Assembly: GCA_963575745.1 (NCBI GenBank)
Contig: CAUYUJ010000001.1
Span: forward strand, 248,001 to 312,000
Length of the DNA stretch: 64,000 nucleotides
DNA from: Prorocentrum cordatum
Taxonomy: Eukaryota
Direction of reading: 5' to 3'
Shown: positions 49,032 through 63,640 of the stretch, one piece after another
How positions within the stretch are numbered: position 1 is the first letter of the stretch
Layout: each line of letters opens with the position of its first letter
Translations under genes and position numbers: made by a program
The notes under the pieces: generated by a model
Told to the model about the DNA's origin: nothing
The model's input: only the letters and a program-made list of their open reading frames with translations
Databases searched by the model: none

Positions 49032-52000
49032 ATGCTTCCCTCGGAGGCGCGCGTCCGATCATACAGTATAACCATATTGTGGCACATGGTTCTCCGAGCG
49101 GCACGGCCAGAGTGTCCGCCACGGTGCATCTGCTGTAAGACTTCTCGGTGCGCGCGTCGCCCCTCTGGGGGCGACGCGCACATAGTGTTACTATGTTGGG
49201 ATGCCGCCGATGAGGGTCAAAGATGTGAGCGTTTTTTCTTTTATTCGGCGTTTCGACATTGGGCGGAAAGGGGAGGGTGGGGGGGGTCTGGCTCCAGACC
49301 TCTGCTTAGTGCGACTGTTTGCAGCACTGGGTCCTATGAGGGAAGACTCCACCCGCTCGAAACAGGCGCCCAGACCAGGCAAGATCTACTCCACGGTGGG
49401 GGGGTAGGGGAGGGTGCGAGGGCCCGCGCCGATCGGCAAAAGAACGAATCAAAACGCTCACTATGTTGGGGTACCCCCGATGGGGGTCAAAGATGCAATC
49501 GAAACCGACAGCAAGGAAGGGGCGCTCTGACGCTCTGCAATGCGAAGGGTCCTGCAAGATCCTGCAGGATCCTGCACCCAAGCCCGGGTCAATGCGACCC
49601 TGGCCCTGCAGGATCCTGTAAGATCGGGCGCTCTGGCTGACCCCCGTTTGCATTGACCCCCGTCTCAAGGCTTCCGTGCGTCCTATGGGGGAAACTCCAC
49701 CCGCTCGAAACAGGCGCCCAAACCAGGCAAGATCTACTCCACGGTGGAGGGGGAGGTGGGGGGGCGAGGGCCCGCGCCGATGGGCAAAATAATCAATAAA
49801 GAAACGATCACTATGCTGGGGTGCCGTCGATGAGGGCCAAAGATGCAACCGAAACTTGCAGTACTAGGGGGCGCGCAAGCATGGATTAGCGATCCATGGT
49901 CTTGGCGCGCGGTCGCCACATCCATAGATCGGGGGAGGTGCCCTCCCCAAAGTGCGGCCGGTGCCGCCGCGCTCGGCGGACATCCGCGGCCGAGCGCCAT
50001 CCCAGCGGAAATCCGCGGCCGGCCCGCGGAACTCCGCTCGGCACGACCCCGCCCCCTCGATCGGGCCCAAGACGCAGTCGACGCCGGCAGGGCGGACCCC
50101 CCGGCAGCCCTGCCCCCCTCGGTCCAGCGGCAGGCTCCCGGGGGCAGGTCCGGCCCCCACGGCGGGCCCGGGCTCGCGGGCCCCGCGGTTCGAGAGCAGG
50201 GGATCGAGGGGGAGAAGGAGGAGGGGGAGGGGGAGGGGAGGAGGAGGCGGAGGCGGAGGAGGAGGAGGAGGAGGAGGAGGAGGAGGAGGAGGAGGAGGAG
50301 GAGGAGGAGGAGGGGAGCGAGGGCAGAGCTGGTCCACGGCCAGAGCCCGGTTTTTCCTCGTCGGATCTGCGGAGGGGCGCCCAGAACTCTCGGCAGAACT
50401 GCGGAGCATCCGCGCACTCGTCGCACAGGCGATGGGAAAACCGCCTCCAGGGGCACATCGCGCCTGGAGTCGCTCCCCCACTCGACTTCTCGGCGAGCAG
50501 TGGGCGACTGGGGGTCGACGCTTGCCCCCGGAGCCTGGTCCCCCCCGAGCGTTAGACCCCGATCCCACACGTCTTACTTGTTTTTGTTGGGGTCCTCTGC
50601 CTGTCTCCTCGAGATCCCCTGCTCCTCTCCTTGCCTAAGATCTTCTGCCATCCTCGACCTCGATGCTCGGACCTCGGGAGGAGGTTCGAACATCGAGGGG
50701 GGGAAAGGGGGTATGCAGAGCAGGGGAAAATGCGAGCCAGCGAGCGCGAGACGTGCACGGGGAGCGGGAGGATGAGGAGGAAGAAGGGGAAGGGGGCGAG
50801 GGCGAGCGAGGAGAGGAGGTCTGAATGCAATTGTAATGAAATCCCAACCTCTCACCATCTCAGAATGGCGATGGGATCCCATACAAGTCGTACACGACCC
50901 TGGAGAATCGAATAGATTCCTATAGCATCTCATGGAATCCACAAGACAAATAATAGAGTCCGATGGAATCCTCAGGATACCCTATCCGCCACCGTGCCTG
51001 CACGGAGTGGGCGTGTTAGAATGCTCCTAATTATGGTACCTCTGGGAGTGTTTGGTGCTTAAAACATATGTTTTCTAGTGCCGACCCCCCGTTCGCACGC
51101 GTACGCGTAGACCGCCCCACCCTGATATCGCTCCCCGGCGCTCTTTTCGGCCCTCCAGACGGCCAGGATGGCCTCCAAGACGGCTGCCAAGGCAACCGAG
51201 ACGGCACCAAAACAGCTCAAGATGGGCTAAACCGGCTCAAGAGGCCCTTAAGACGGCCTCAAGACAGCCCAAGAGGCTCCCAAGACGGCCCAGGAGGACT
51301 CCAAGAGGCTCTCCAGGAGAGCCCGAGGAGGGGTAACATCACAGATTCCCACTGGGCTGTTGCAGGGTTTTGGGTGCTCGCCTCCAAGATAGCTCCAAGA
51401 CGGGCCCGCGAGGCTCCCCCCGTGGGCCCCAAATTGGCCCAAGAGGACCCCAACTATCCTTGTGTTTGGCATCACCTCGGATACCCAGGCGAACCGTTCG
51501 CTTCGCACGAGAACGGCCATCCGCAGCCACGAGCACGTGCACCGTGGGAACGACGGGCCACGGACTAAGCCCCCCGCTCGCTCTCCTTCTACTCCCTGAG
51601 CTCTCCTCCTCCTCCTCCTCCTAACATCGCCCAAAAGGCCCCCAAGCGGGCCACGGGTCGGCCCCGAAGCGCTCCACGAGTGCATCAACGGGGCCCACAG
51701 AAGACCTCAAAGGACGGCCCCCGAAGGCGCCAGACGGGCCGAGGGCCACCAGGGATGGCTCAACGAAGCCCCCAAAGGCCCCAAGGACGGCCCGAAAGCA
51801 TCAGACTGCTGGCTCAAGGTGCAGACTGGGGCCCGAAGGCCCCAAGGACGGCCCGAAAGCATCAGCCAAGGACGGGCCGAGGGCCCCAAGGATGGCTCAA
51901 GAAGCCCCAAAGCCACCAAGACGGCCCCAAGAGGCATCAGAGAGTGCTTTTAAGAGGCCCTCCAGGAGTGCCCGAGGAGGCAACATTCACTGATTTCCAC

Positions 52001-53759
52001 TGGGCATCAGTAGGATTCTGAGGTTCTCGTCAACTTGGGTCCCCGACCGCCCAAGACTGCCCAAAACGCATCCAATATAGCTCCAAGACGGCCCGCGAGG
52101 CCCCGAAGAGGGCCCACACATCGGCCCAAGAGGACCCCAAGATCGCTCAAGAGGCTCCCAAATTAACCCCAAAGCGCTCCAGGAAAGCACCGAAACAACC
52201 CAACCAAGCCCCACAAACGGCCTCCGAAAGCGTCAGACGAGACAAAAGCGTCATAAGACGGCCCAAGAGGTCCCAAGAAGCATCGGAAAGGCCCCATGAG
52301 GCACCCAAAAGGCTCACAAGAAGCATCCAGGAGCCCCCCAGAAAAGGGGCCACGAGTCCTTCTCCTCATTGTTTTCATGTCTTCCATGTCCGTCCTCCTC
52401 CTCCTCCTCCTCATTATCCTCCTCCCCTTCCTCCCCTCCCTCCGTTCTACCACGGGGGCGAAGACGAGGTCGAGGTAACGCCCGTCCCAGTTCAGACCAG
52501 TCGTCGGAATTGTGCTGTTCCTACACTCAGCCTTCTTCCTGCTACGCTGTTGCACAGGCACGGTGTCGGGGCTTGCCGCAAGCAGCTGGATGGATTCCGA
52601 TGCCCCCGCCAGAACACGCGCTGTGTTACCCAACCATACCTCATGGACTGCGATCGTATATATATATATATATATATTAATGCCATCGATCCGATGCAAC
52701 CCCCAACCATCCTTACACATCCCGCGGGGCATCCCAACACATCATATATATACTACGCATGAATCAATCGCATACAATACAATATCATATATGATCCTAT
52801 GGGGGCAACAATCACTCTGTGGAATAAGATCACATCTTCCAGGAAATATGCAGAAACCGACGAACTTCCCAGCAAATCCTATATCACAATATTGGTCCCC
52901 AACCGAACTGACAAACAATCAGACGGAAACCAAATCACATCACACATGCTTCTACATCACGCTACCGTTTCCTGTGCATGCCTAGAAATCCAACACAACC
53001 AAGTCGGGCCGCGTTTAGTTCATAGCAAATCCTGTAGAACCCTGTAGAATGCTGGAACATCTCAACCACACGTTATGGACAACCATCGCATCCTTAAGGG
53101 ATCGTGAGAACACCAGATGGGCCCCCAAACGCATTGACATACTCTTATAGAATGTTCAGCGAATCTTGCAGAACCTAGCGGCGCTGTCCGTCGAATTCTA
53201 CACGACCCGATGGATTACAAACAACATCAAATGAAACACATGGTTTCATTAACACATCTGCTACACAGTCTGACCGTATGGAATCCAGAAAAGCCATAAA
53301 CAATTCAATGGGATTCACAGCAAATGATATCGGTTCACATGGGATTGGCATGGTATCACAGACTCTGGCCATCAAAACATTGCTATGGACCCCTAAGTAC
53401 GTTCCATCTAATCCTGTATAATATTGCATATTGCAACTGATTGCTATGGGATCCGTCTGACACCCTATAGAATCCTGAATGATCAAATGCTCTCAACCCA
53501 ATTCCTTATGAGTGCACCGGCCACGCGCGGGTGCCAAGGCGCACACCCCATGGAAGTGATTTTGTTCCAGCGGTGTACTTCTTATACTTGCTTCCCTCCT
53601 CTGGATTTTCACTTGTTCCCAACAATGGTTTTCCAGCATCAACTGCGTTTCCACCTAACAGCCACATGGACGTGCAGATAAGGACCGAGGCACATTGACA
53701 AACTGAACGACATATGCGTCAAATTAAGATAGAATCGGAACGCCAATACACAAATACAC

Positions 53760-53982
53760 ATGCATAGGCATGTATGTATGCATGTACGCGTGTATGCATG
53801 TATGCATGTGTGGCATGTCTGTATGTGTGTATGTATGCATGCATCTATGCATGTTTGCATGCTTGCCTGTATGTATGCAGGTGTCTATGAATGAATCCAT
53901 ACATGTATGTTTGCATGTATTCATGCGTCTATGAGATGCATGCATGCACGCATGCATGTAGATCCGTATGTATGTGCGCCTG

Positions 53983-54013
<31 letters not shown>

Positions 54014-54037
54014 ATGCGTGGGTGCATGCATGCATGC

Positions 54038-54069
<32 letters not shown>

Positions 54070-54180
54070 CTGTGTATGCATGCATGCATGAATGTTTTCT
54101 ATGTATGCATGCATACATGCATGCATTTATCTATGTCTGTGTAAATATATATATATATATATACACATACATCTATGTGT
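53760..54180. repeat. (TGCA/TGTA/TA)n low-complexity tract
   Basis: Directly visible. Confidence 0.9.
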
Positions 54181-56079
54181 TCCCCTCCCCCCCCACAGGG
54201 GCCACCCCTGCTCCGTGGCCCCGGGGGCCCCTTGGACCCCCCTGCAGAAGGTCGCCCAGGCTTTCCAGGACTCCTGGAAGCCCCTGCTGGGCACAAGCAA
54301 CGGGCCCAACTCGGTCAGGGAGGTGGCCCGCGAGAGCCCCAAGAATGATTAATAGAGCGGGTTCGCACGGCTTCTCCGAATCACGGAGCTGATCGGTTCC
54401 TTCGAAGTTGAAGAGGAGAGGATAATGAGCCAGCAACAACGGGGCGCAGGGGCTGCAGAAGGTGCCGGAGCCTGCAAAGGCACCATGCATCGGCTGCCAC
54501 GCGGCTCCTCCTCTTCCTCCTCGTCGTCGTCCTCCCTGGCGAGAGCATCGTGCCTGCTGCTCCTCGTCCTCTTCCAACTCTGCCTCGCCCTCGTTTTTGG
54601 CTGGCCCATGCTGGCGGCCTCGTGGTGATTCGACAGCAATCCCAACAGTCGCCGCGGGAAGAACACGGTGTCCGGGTCCACCTGGCGCCCCGCCGTGGTG
54701 CAACCCGCTGCTCCTTCGCTCTGTGCCCCTCCTTGTTCTCGCCACGATTATTGCTCGTCTAAAGGGAAATTAGGACACACAAATAAATACACACAAATAA
54801 AAATAGTCCCCATATTTTCCCCTATTTCCTGGGTTTTTGTCTTCCCCCCCAATTCCCATATTTTCCCATATTTTCATGGGAATCGAGGATTAATTGTGTC
54901 TGTGTGTTTTTTTCCCTCCTGATCGTCCCCGTCGCCTGGTTCAAGCCGTGCACATCGGCCAGAGGAAGCGAGCATAATCATGAAGCAGGAGCGCGTTGAA
55001 AGCGGATTGGGTTTCTGCCCGCCCCGAGGGAGGAAAAAACAAGGAGCACCGCTCGATGATCGAAGTAGGAAGGCACCAACAATAGATACACATCCGGGAT
55101 CCAACTTTCAACGTCCGATAGATATAATACATGACGCAACTACCCCGACGAGCGATCACGAAACACGAGCATGCCGGTATCCGTGCCCTCGAGGTCTGAA
55201 CGACGAGCCACGGTCCCATGAGCACGCGATCCTATCCTATGGGGTCGTGGCCGAGGAAACCAGACTGCGAGGCGGACTGCACTTGCCGGAGGCCGCCATG
55301 AGGGCCCAGCATATACTCAGAGAAATCCGCGCGGACCTCCGAACATGTAGGATTGTGCAGTTTTTGAGCTATGTTCGCCCGCAGTGGTGGGGTGGGAGCG
55401 CGCTGGAATGCAGGCCTCCCAAATAGGGTCGCAAATGGGGTCGAAGGATCGCGCCGCATTCGCCGATGCATCGGTCATGCGGCGCGATCCTCCGACCCCA
55501 TCTGCTCTGGCGTCATTCTGAGAGGCCTGGAGAAGCGAGAGGTCTCCTGTGCAGCGCATTGTGCGCGATCGTGACAGTACGCCCAGAAACTGGGCTCACC
55601 GCACGCGCCGGGGGCGTTCCAGACAGCAGTGGGCAGCGTCAGTGCACAACGAAGCACAACTGCATCGCATACCTGTGTGCGCGTGAGCCACCAACTCTTC
55701 CTTTCGCCTACGCGACCGCAAGGGTCGGCGATGGACAAACCTCCTTTTAGTAAACCTCCCCTCAGTGAAAACGGCCTGGGGTCGAAACCGACGGACCTGG
55801 ACCCGCAAAAATACGGCCGCGACGCCCTCTCGCGAACCGAAAACGGCCAATTCGCTAATCGACGTGTCAGGGTAGGAGGTCTGTCCACCTCCGAAAGGGA
55901 TGCAGGGCCACGGGCAGTCAGCCAGGAGGCGCAGAGGGGGGGGGGCGCTGGAAGGCGCAGGAGACTGGACGAGCCCGCCGCCGACCTCCCCTCACCAGCA
56001 CGACGCCGACGGGCCCTGGGGGGCACGGGGCCCGGACGCGTGGGCATGGACTTGGCGGCGCGCAGAGCGGGGTATGGTT

Positions 56080-56288
56080 TGGACGCCCGAAATGGGTACG
56101 GAAAAAATGGGTACAATGCCCAACAACACATGTTGTCCCAAACCAACAGCGGCCGCTGTTGGGCAGGCGGCCTTCTGTCTCGCATGGACACAGGCCGCGG
56201 CGGCGTGGTCAGCGAATCCGGATAAAAATGAACAAGAACTGCTGTTCGGTATTGTACCCATTCTTTCCGTACCCATTTCGGGCGTCCA
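56080..56288. mobile_element. MITE with about 45-bp TIRs
   Basis: tggacgcccgaaatgggtacggaaa.aatgggtacaat.cc.aaca at both ends, inverted. ggtatgg occurs on both flanks. Confidence 0.8.
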
Positions 56289-57449
56289 GGTATGGGGGAG
56301 GGGGGAAGGCTCCTTAGAAGGAGGCTGCTTCTTAGAAGGCGCGGGCCTACGCCTATGCAGAGGGCCCGCGCCTTCTAAAAAGCAGGGGTGCTGCTCAGAA
56401 GCTTCCCCCCCTCCCCCTAATCCCCCCCTCTGCGCGTGGCTGAGCCTGGACGGCGACACCGGCGCTCCGTCCGGGGTACCTCTCGGACGGCCCCCGAGGC
56501 CCGCGCAAGGGCTCTGCGAGCCCGGAAGCGGCGGAACACCTCGGGATCTGTTTCCTTCGGGGCCCGCTTGCTTCACGGCGGCCGCGGGCTCGTTCGTGAA
56601 GATCGTTCTGAATTCAGCCGCTGGCGGCATGATGGTTGCATGTTCATTCTGGCACAGGCGGGGCGGACGGCACCGCAGAAGCGCTTCCCCACCTCCGCAG
56701 TGCGGGGAGGAAACAAAAGGCACCGGCACCGCTGCCCCCCAGACCTCTCCTCGGGTGCCGTCTGACCAGAACTTCAAAGCGAATCCAGCGGTAGCGACGA
56801 GGGCCTCCCAGGCCCAAGAGGGGGACAACAAAAAAGGCAGCAGTATAGGTACCTCTCCTCCTCTCAACTTGGGAAGCGCTGAGAAGCCCTGGAGAGTGGA
56901 GAGGTCTGCCGCAGACCTGCCCGCCCGAGCGGCCGGCAGCGAGCAGACGAGGACAAGCACGGCGCCGCCGCCTTGAGCCTCATGCGCCTGCCAATGAACC
57001 GCCTGGTTGGCGCTAGTCGACGAATGATGGGCACGCAGCAGGACGGAAGCCAAACGAACACGGCGCGCGATGAGGACCCAAACGTCCGATGTCTTGATAT
57101 GTTCAATACGGGGTCTCTGGAAGTCCCGACCCTTTCCCCAGGGCCATTGTTTCCTCCCCAATCGTCTTCTGACAGTCCCGAAGCCCAGCGAGGGCCCTTG
57201 GAGGCCGAAGCGGCAAAACACCTCCCGTCGTGACAACTTCACGACGTGATCATGATTGGGGATGGGGCTTGGCCTCGATAGGCCAGCAGGGTGGGTGGGT
57301 CCGATTTAGGGGTGAACAAAATCCAGACTGCATCCCGCCGTTCCGCCTGCGGTCCCATCGCCGCCGATGCTCGCCCGATGCTGTTCCGTAGGCAGCTTGG
57401 CCCGCAGAGCCCCTGCCGGCGAAACGCGTGTTGGGATACAACCAGGGGC

Positions 57450-60400
57450 TGCCTATGAATGATCAGCTTGCAAAGATTGCCCGCCTCCGTACGTCTGGCA
57501 GGCCACTGAAGAATCCACTCGCACCACACTCCGCGAGTTCACTAGCCTGGTCGTTCAAAAACAATCCCGCGTGAGACTCCACCTACTACCGCACTAGGCA
57601 TTGACCAAGCTCATCAAACAGGCGCCGGACATGCAGGGGCTAGCCTGATATTCTGGCGTGATCTCGAAAGTCCGCGTCCTATTTTGGCCGCGTGCTCCGA
57701 GTCATATTCGATGCGATCTGCTGCAGAAGATGAGGAATACGGCGATGCACGGATGTGATTGCGCGCGACAGGCAAGGCGTAAAACATGGCATCCAGCTCA
57801 GCGGCATTGTGCGAATGCTTGCACGCACCAACGAAGCAAGGATCGGATTCAGCAGAGATGGCGGGCCCGCAGAAGTCCAGCAGCGGAGCCTTAACAGGCA
57901 AGAGACACAGTGAAACCCCAACCCGGAACCTCCTCGCCGCCCGCGCTCTTGGAGAAACCGTCACACGACGCGAGAATCCCAGCAGGGCGCTGAAAAGCAG
58001 GAGAGACTGGATGAGTAGGAAGAGCAGGCTCGCGGTGAACAGGCCGTGCAGGTTGAGCTATGAGCCAGGGCTTGGTCCTCTTGAGCGGAGGAAGAGCTGA
58101 CCGGTGGATTTCCCGCATAAGCCACGACCGCGGCAGCGCCGTGTCAAGAACCGCCAGCTTCCCGCTTCGACGGCCAATGGGGGCCCGCGCGGCAATGGCG
58201 TTCGCCCGAAGCACGCGGGCGCACTGGAGCCGTTAGCTGGGATCAGACCGCACCGTGTCAAGCAAGGAGAAAGATTCTCTGGCCGCGCTTCAGAGCAGCG
58301 TTACCGGGACACTGCCGCAGACGACGCGGAACGCATTCAACCACTTGGCCACGACGCGAGGGCAAGAATACTGACGTGGAAAAACATATATATATACATA
58401 TATATAAAGAATACTCAAGGATGTCCACAATCCTCCCGTGCTGAGGGCGGGCCCCCGCGGCGAAGCTGCGCCCGGTGCGCGTGTTCGCGCGCCGGCCCCC
58501 ATTCAGACAGGCCGTCGCCGAGACCGCCAACATCGCGAGGACGACGAGCACCCCCCTGTCCAGCAACAGCGCGGCGTAGAAATGCACGCAGATCACGAAA
58601 CCGCTCGGCAAGCCTGGCGGCGCCACGAAAGTGGCGAGAACCTCCAGGTCCAGCGCGGTCAGGAAGATCATCTCGAATGCGATAATCAAACGCGCGACTA
58701 CGGCACTCCAAGATTGCGGGCCCCGTCCAACGCATGGCTAGTAGAACCTCGAGAGCGCGATCCGCGGGCGCCAGAGGTCCGAAACCGAAGAATGGCCCAA
58801 CGGAACCACAGACTTTGCCAGTCGTGATATTGTAGAACGCTTGCGAACAACATCTTTGCGGCGTAGATCCTCGCTGGTGCGTGCGCCGCCACTCGTGGAA
58901 GACGCGCGCGGCGTAGGCCTGTCCCCAGAAAATGCGCGATTGCTTTCGAACGCCGGACTGTGGCGCCCGGTCTCACCGCGCCCATCCACGCCTGCGCCGC
59001 TGCGCCACCGACGGCATGGAACTGCTGCTTGGCGCGCGCGAAACCGCCGTCGGCCCGCGTGGCCGAAACAGCGCCTGCGGCCCCGTCGCCACGTTGAGCA
59101 TGTGGAAGCAAACTCGCAACGCTACGTCTCGCTCTGAAAAGATCCGCCCTTCTCGCCGCCGCGGGCGCCAGGGCGCTCGAATCCACGGTGAGATCGATTC
59201 CCAAGACGCGAAGCGATTCCTTGGATGGCGGGCACCACATGAGAGCGTCCACGCCATCGAGGCGGCGCTGGCCAGGTCGACCAACGACTCCCCGAACGCG
59301 CTTTCCAAGGACTAGTGCAGGTTCAATGTATTTGTCCAAAAGCAAGTTGGCATTCAGGATCTCGCCGAGATCTGTCCAGCCCAGAGCCGTGACAAAACGA
59401 TCGTAGATGCGGGAATCGCGCGCCACTGTTGGCGCCGATCTTGCAGCGGCGGCGCGCCGCGAGGAAAGCGTTAAATTGTTGCGTTGGCGCGGCCTGGGGG
59501 GCAGCCCTGTGGCGCTCCGCGCAAGTGGCCCCCGCTCGACCGCGCGTCGGCGGGCTCGCTGTCGACGAACACCACCCGTGAAAGCGTTTGATGTATATTT
59601 CCGGCACGTGCGGGCGCCAGCAGATTCAGGAATTCGATGGGCTGGCGGAGGTCCCCCAGGTCAAGCCGGACAACGCTGCGCAAGATCCACGCCGAGAACC
59701 GACCGAGGCTCGTCGAGCCCCAGCCTGTCCCTAGCCAGCCGTGCGTGGATTTGCGAGGGGATGCCCGGGCGTGAGCGGCCAAGGGCGGCCGCGGCATGCC
59801 CCGACGGCGTCCGCGCCAGAAGCCTTCCGTTGAAGCGGGCTGCGCGGCGAAGCGCTCGCGGGCGACGCGGCGCAAGGAGCGCCGTCAGGGGGCGATGGTC
59901 TTCCGGGGCCGTGTCTGACAGCTTCGCGATTTGGGTCGCTCTCGCGCGCCGCCAGCGCGCCGACCGATCAACAGACACTTGATGAGGCCTCTCCGCCCAT
60001 CCCGTTAGCTTTGCACCCAGCCAAGCGCTGCCACATGGCAGGCGCTCAAGAACATGCTGAGCGCGCCAGGGGTCAAGAGGCGCATGAGCAGGAACATGGA
60101 GAAGGATCAAAAGGCATTCGAAGACGCGGAGAAGATCAGCACGGTGCTCGCGTAGCCCTGCTTGGTCAAAACGTCGACGTTGAAACCCGAGACCAACGCC
60201 CCAGAGATGTCGCAATTGGAACGCTGCGGGGTTCCATCTTGCGGTTAAGGCGCAGTCAGGCTGGATACTTTCACGCGCGCCCGTCTCGCCGCCCCGGTGA
60301 TAACTTGCGTCATCAGAATCTCGCTGATACAAGCAACAATCAGATCAGCTACGTGACGTCGAGCATCAAATCGCTGCCGTCGGCGCGATTTCCATGGCCC

Positions 60401-61200
60401 CGCCAACTCGCGCACTTTGGCCCCTGCTTGCCAGCTGCCGCCAGAGGGCTGCTGGGCGTCTTGCCAATGGAAGGCACCCAGCTCATCCTGCCAGATACGC
60501 CAGGACGACTCGATGTCCGCAGAGAATGCTGCGGAAAATGCCTTCGCCGCGTCCTGGTCAAGGCGCCCGTTTGGATAGCTGCGCCGACATCCCATCGTAG
60601 TGCCTCGTGAAAACACGGCCTAAGACCGAGATGCACCATTGCAGGTCGATGGTGAACACGAGGGACGTGTTCAAGACCCACCGGTGAGGCCACGGTCGCC
60701 CGCTGCCCCGTCAATGGTTGCATTCGGCCCCAGGAAACTCTGGACAACTCGCCACTGTCAATGAGTCGGGAGCTGTCCTCGTGCTGGACAGCCTCCTGCA
60801 GACGCCGTCGCTCATGCTGAGCCCGAGCGAACATGCCGATGGCGCACAAGAGCGCGCTGCTTAGGACACCTTGGCGCGAGCCGCTGCGCCCAGAACTCCT
60901 CGTCCTCTGGCAGGGCAGCAATGGGCGCGACGTCGCAGCCGTCGCGTGCCAATGCGCCACCACCATCAGCACCTTCAAGCAACGTGCATTCAAATGGCTG
61001 GAGATCACGACGTAAAGTGTGCCTCTGACTATTCGTCAATAGACACTCTTGTAAGAAGTGTGGCCGGTGCTGAGCAGCGAGCGCGGGCGCCTGCATGCGG
61101 CGTTTGGCGTAGCTGCCCACGTTCAGCGTGAGCAGGCGAAGGCCCGCCGAGGCGGCTGTCTCAGCGCGCGTCCCTCCGCCGACGCTGGGCGTAGCCGCTG
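57450..61200 (-). mobile_element. Heavily decayed LINE with APE, RT and RNase H remnants
   Basis: APE: LRLLTLNVGS...FLQEC...GGGALA. RT: WRRARATQIAK...DHRPLT and LRVLGID. RNase H: ASCDGFS..GWGFTV, FCGP...FVGA..HSHNAAEL and EYDSEHAA. Confidence 0.75.
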
Positions 61201-62357
61201 AGGCGTCGCCTCTCCGTCTTGCGCTGAATCTGGAACGCGGCATCATGCTGGCTCCGTTTGCGGACGGCCTCCACGAGCTGCAGCAAGCGTTCCTCTCCAG
61301 AGAGGCCACGCGAATCCGCCAAAGCAGCTTCCGGGCAAGCAAAGAACGGAATGAACAAAAGCGGGGTTGCTGCGAGGCTCTGGATAAGAGAATTCAGCCA
61401 ATAGCCGCACCTAGTGCACTAAAAACGCTCGTGGTTAGGACCATCGCGAGGCACATGGTGAAAATGACAGGCCCAAGCCAGAAATCCGCCCACTATGGCC
61501 CCGTCCGGTCGGCGCGCTGTGCAACGCCGCGCTTCTTGCGCAAAGATGTCCTGGTGGATCCGACGGAGCCGTTATTTTGTTGGCAAGCGCTGAACCCCGC
61601 TCTTCAAGAACTCGCTGCCCGTCAGACCTATGACCAAGAAGGTGTGCACGCGTCGCGCAGGCTGCTTATGTAATCCCACAAGCCCTCTGGGCGTCGGTGG
61701 TTTAGAGCGTTTCCTCTTCCACCCCTCCTTCTTCCCCTTCAAAAGGGGGGGTTCACCCCTCCCCCTGCCCCCTCCCCGCTGACCTGGACAGGGGGGGCCG
61801 CGGGTAGTTAGAGCGTCCAAGAACGACCCCTGGGAGGGCTAAAATTCGACACCCCTCACGAGGATCGTGCCCCCCAGGGGGGCGACGCTAAAAAATGCTT
61901 CCCCCTTCTGCGATCGATGTCCTCCAAGAGGGCCTCAAGGGGCGTCTCGGACTCTCCTCCTGCGCCCTGCGCGCGGGCGGGCGGAGCGCCGCCCGCCCGC
62001 CCGCGAGGCCCAGGGGCCCGCCAAAACGTTCGAAGATACCTCCAAGACGCCACCAGAGAAGAGGAAGAGGCGGAGGAGGAGGAGGAGGAGGAGGAGGAGG
62101 AAGGGAGGAGGAGGAGAAGGCGGAGGAGAAGGAGGAAGAGGGGGAGGAGAACAGCTGCCGATCATCGGCGCTCTTCGTTCGAGTGCCTGGTGTAGGATGG
62201 GCTGGTGGGGATGCGCGAAGCGCCAAGAATTCTTCGCCCCCCTAACGTTAGGTCGGGCGCGTCCTCCTCGGGCAGATTTTGGACGACAAATTCAACGATG
62301 TCAAACAATACTCAAACATGGAGAAGACGAAAAGTCGAAACATCGCCCCCGGACTCT

Positions 62358-62388
<31 letters not shown>

Positions 62389-62598
62389 CGGATACCCCCC
62401 CGTATAGGGGCACGCCCGACTTAATCTTATATCTCGGTCCGACTGTGCCCCGGGGCGCCCCGCAGAGGGCGCGCCGCGTGCCATCGCGGCGGGCGGCGCC
62501 CTGGCCGCGCCGCCGCGCAGTGAAATCGGGCGCGCCCCTTTACCGGGGGAGTTTTCAACCGTAATCAAAAATAGTCAGGAGACGACTTCTCCACGATC

Positions 62599-62650
<52 letters not shown>

Positions 62651-63058
62651 CCATGGGCGTTTTTGCCCCCCAGCCCTACGCATGCATTTGCAACGGCATA
62701 GAAAACGAAAAAGCAGGAGGAGGACCAACAAAAATGAGGAGGGAGAGAGGGGGGGGAGAGAAGAGGGGGGGCCAGGGGAAGGAAGAGCGAGGATGGGGGA
62801 GGGGGAGGACAGCAGGCAGGGGGCTCAGCAGCAGGCCACGTTGGACTCCTCCCTGGTGGCGAAAGCGGTAGCCGCGCCGCCCAGGGTCGAGGTGCCCCCC
62901 AAGGGAGGCGACTGCGAGAGCTGGATGCGCATGCGGCCGCGTGTCTTTCCAGCGCTCGGCTTTGCTTCGGCTCCCGCGCCGAGCCTCCGCATGTGCATTC
63001 AGCGACGACGACGACGGCGGCGGCGACGGCGACGACGGCGGCGACGAGCGGCGGCGGC

Positions 63059-63089
<31 letters not shown>

Positions 63090-63139
63090 GCGGCGACGAC
63101 GACGACGGCGACGACGGCGGCGAAGACGGCGGAGAAGAC

Positions 63140-63640
63140 GCCGCTGGGAGAGAAACGGCCGCTGCGACAGAGAGTGCAAAGTGTACTCTGAAGATAACTG
63201 CGCTTCAATTCATATTTATACATACTGTATGATATGGGTCGTTATCATAATCACCATTTCCACTCTGGACCGCCCTGCTCGCCGATTCCGAGTGCTGGAG
63301 GCCTTTTGCGTCTTCGGCCGCCGCTGAGAGAGAAACTGCCGGCGCGACATCAACTTCCAGAGAGTGCGCCATGTGCGCTCTGAAGGTAACTGCGCTTCAA
63401 TTCATCTTTAGACATGCTGTGCGATATATACCATTGCCACAATCACCATTTCCACTCTGGACCCCCCTGATCTCTGATTCCGAGTGCTGGAGGCCTTTTG
63501 CGTCTTCAGCCTACGCTGGGAGAGAAATTGCCGGTCCGACACAATCTTCCAGATAGTGCGCCAAGTGCACTCTGAATGTAACTGCGCTTCAATTCATCTT
63601 TATACATACTGCATCATATGTATCGTTATCATACTCTTCA
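63140..63640. repeat. 192-bp tandem repeat, about 2.5 diverged copies
   Basis: aactgcgcttcaattc at 63196, 63388 and 63580. Confidence 0.9.

Noticed and set aside
53600..54310. Peptide KPLLGTS encoded on opposite strands at about 53610-53630 and 54278-54298
   Set aside because: There is no similarity beyond 7 residues, so a chance match in six-frame translation is plausible.
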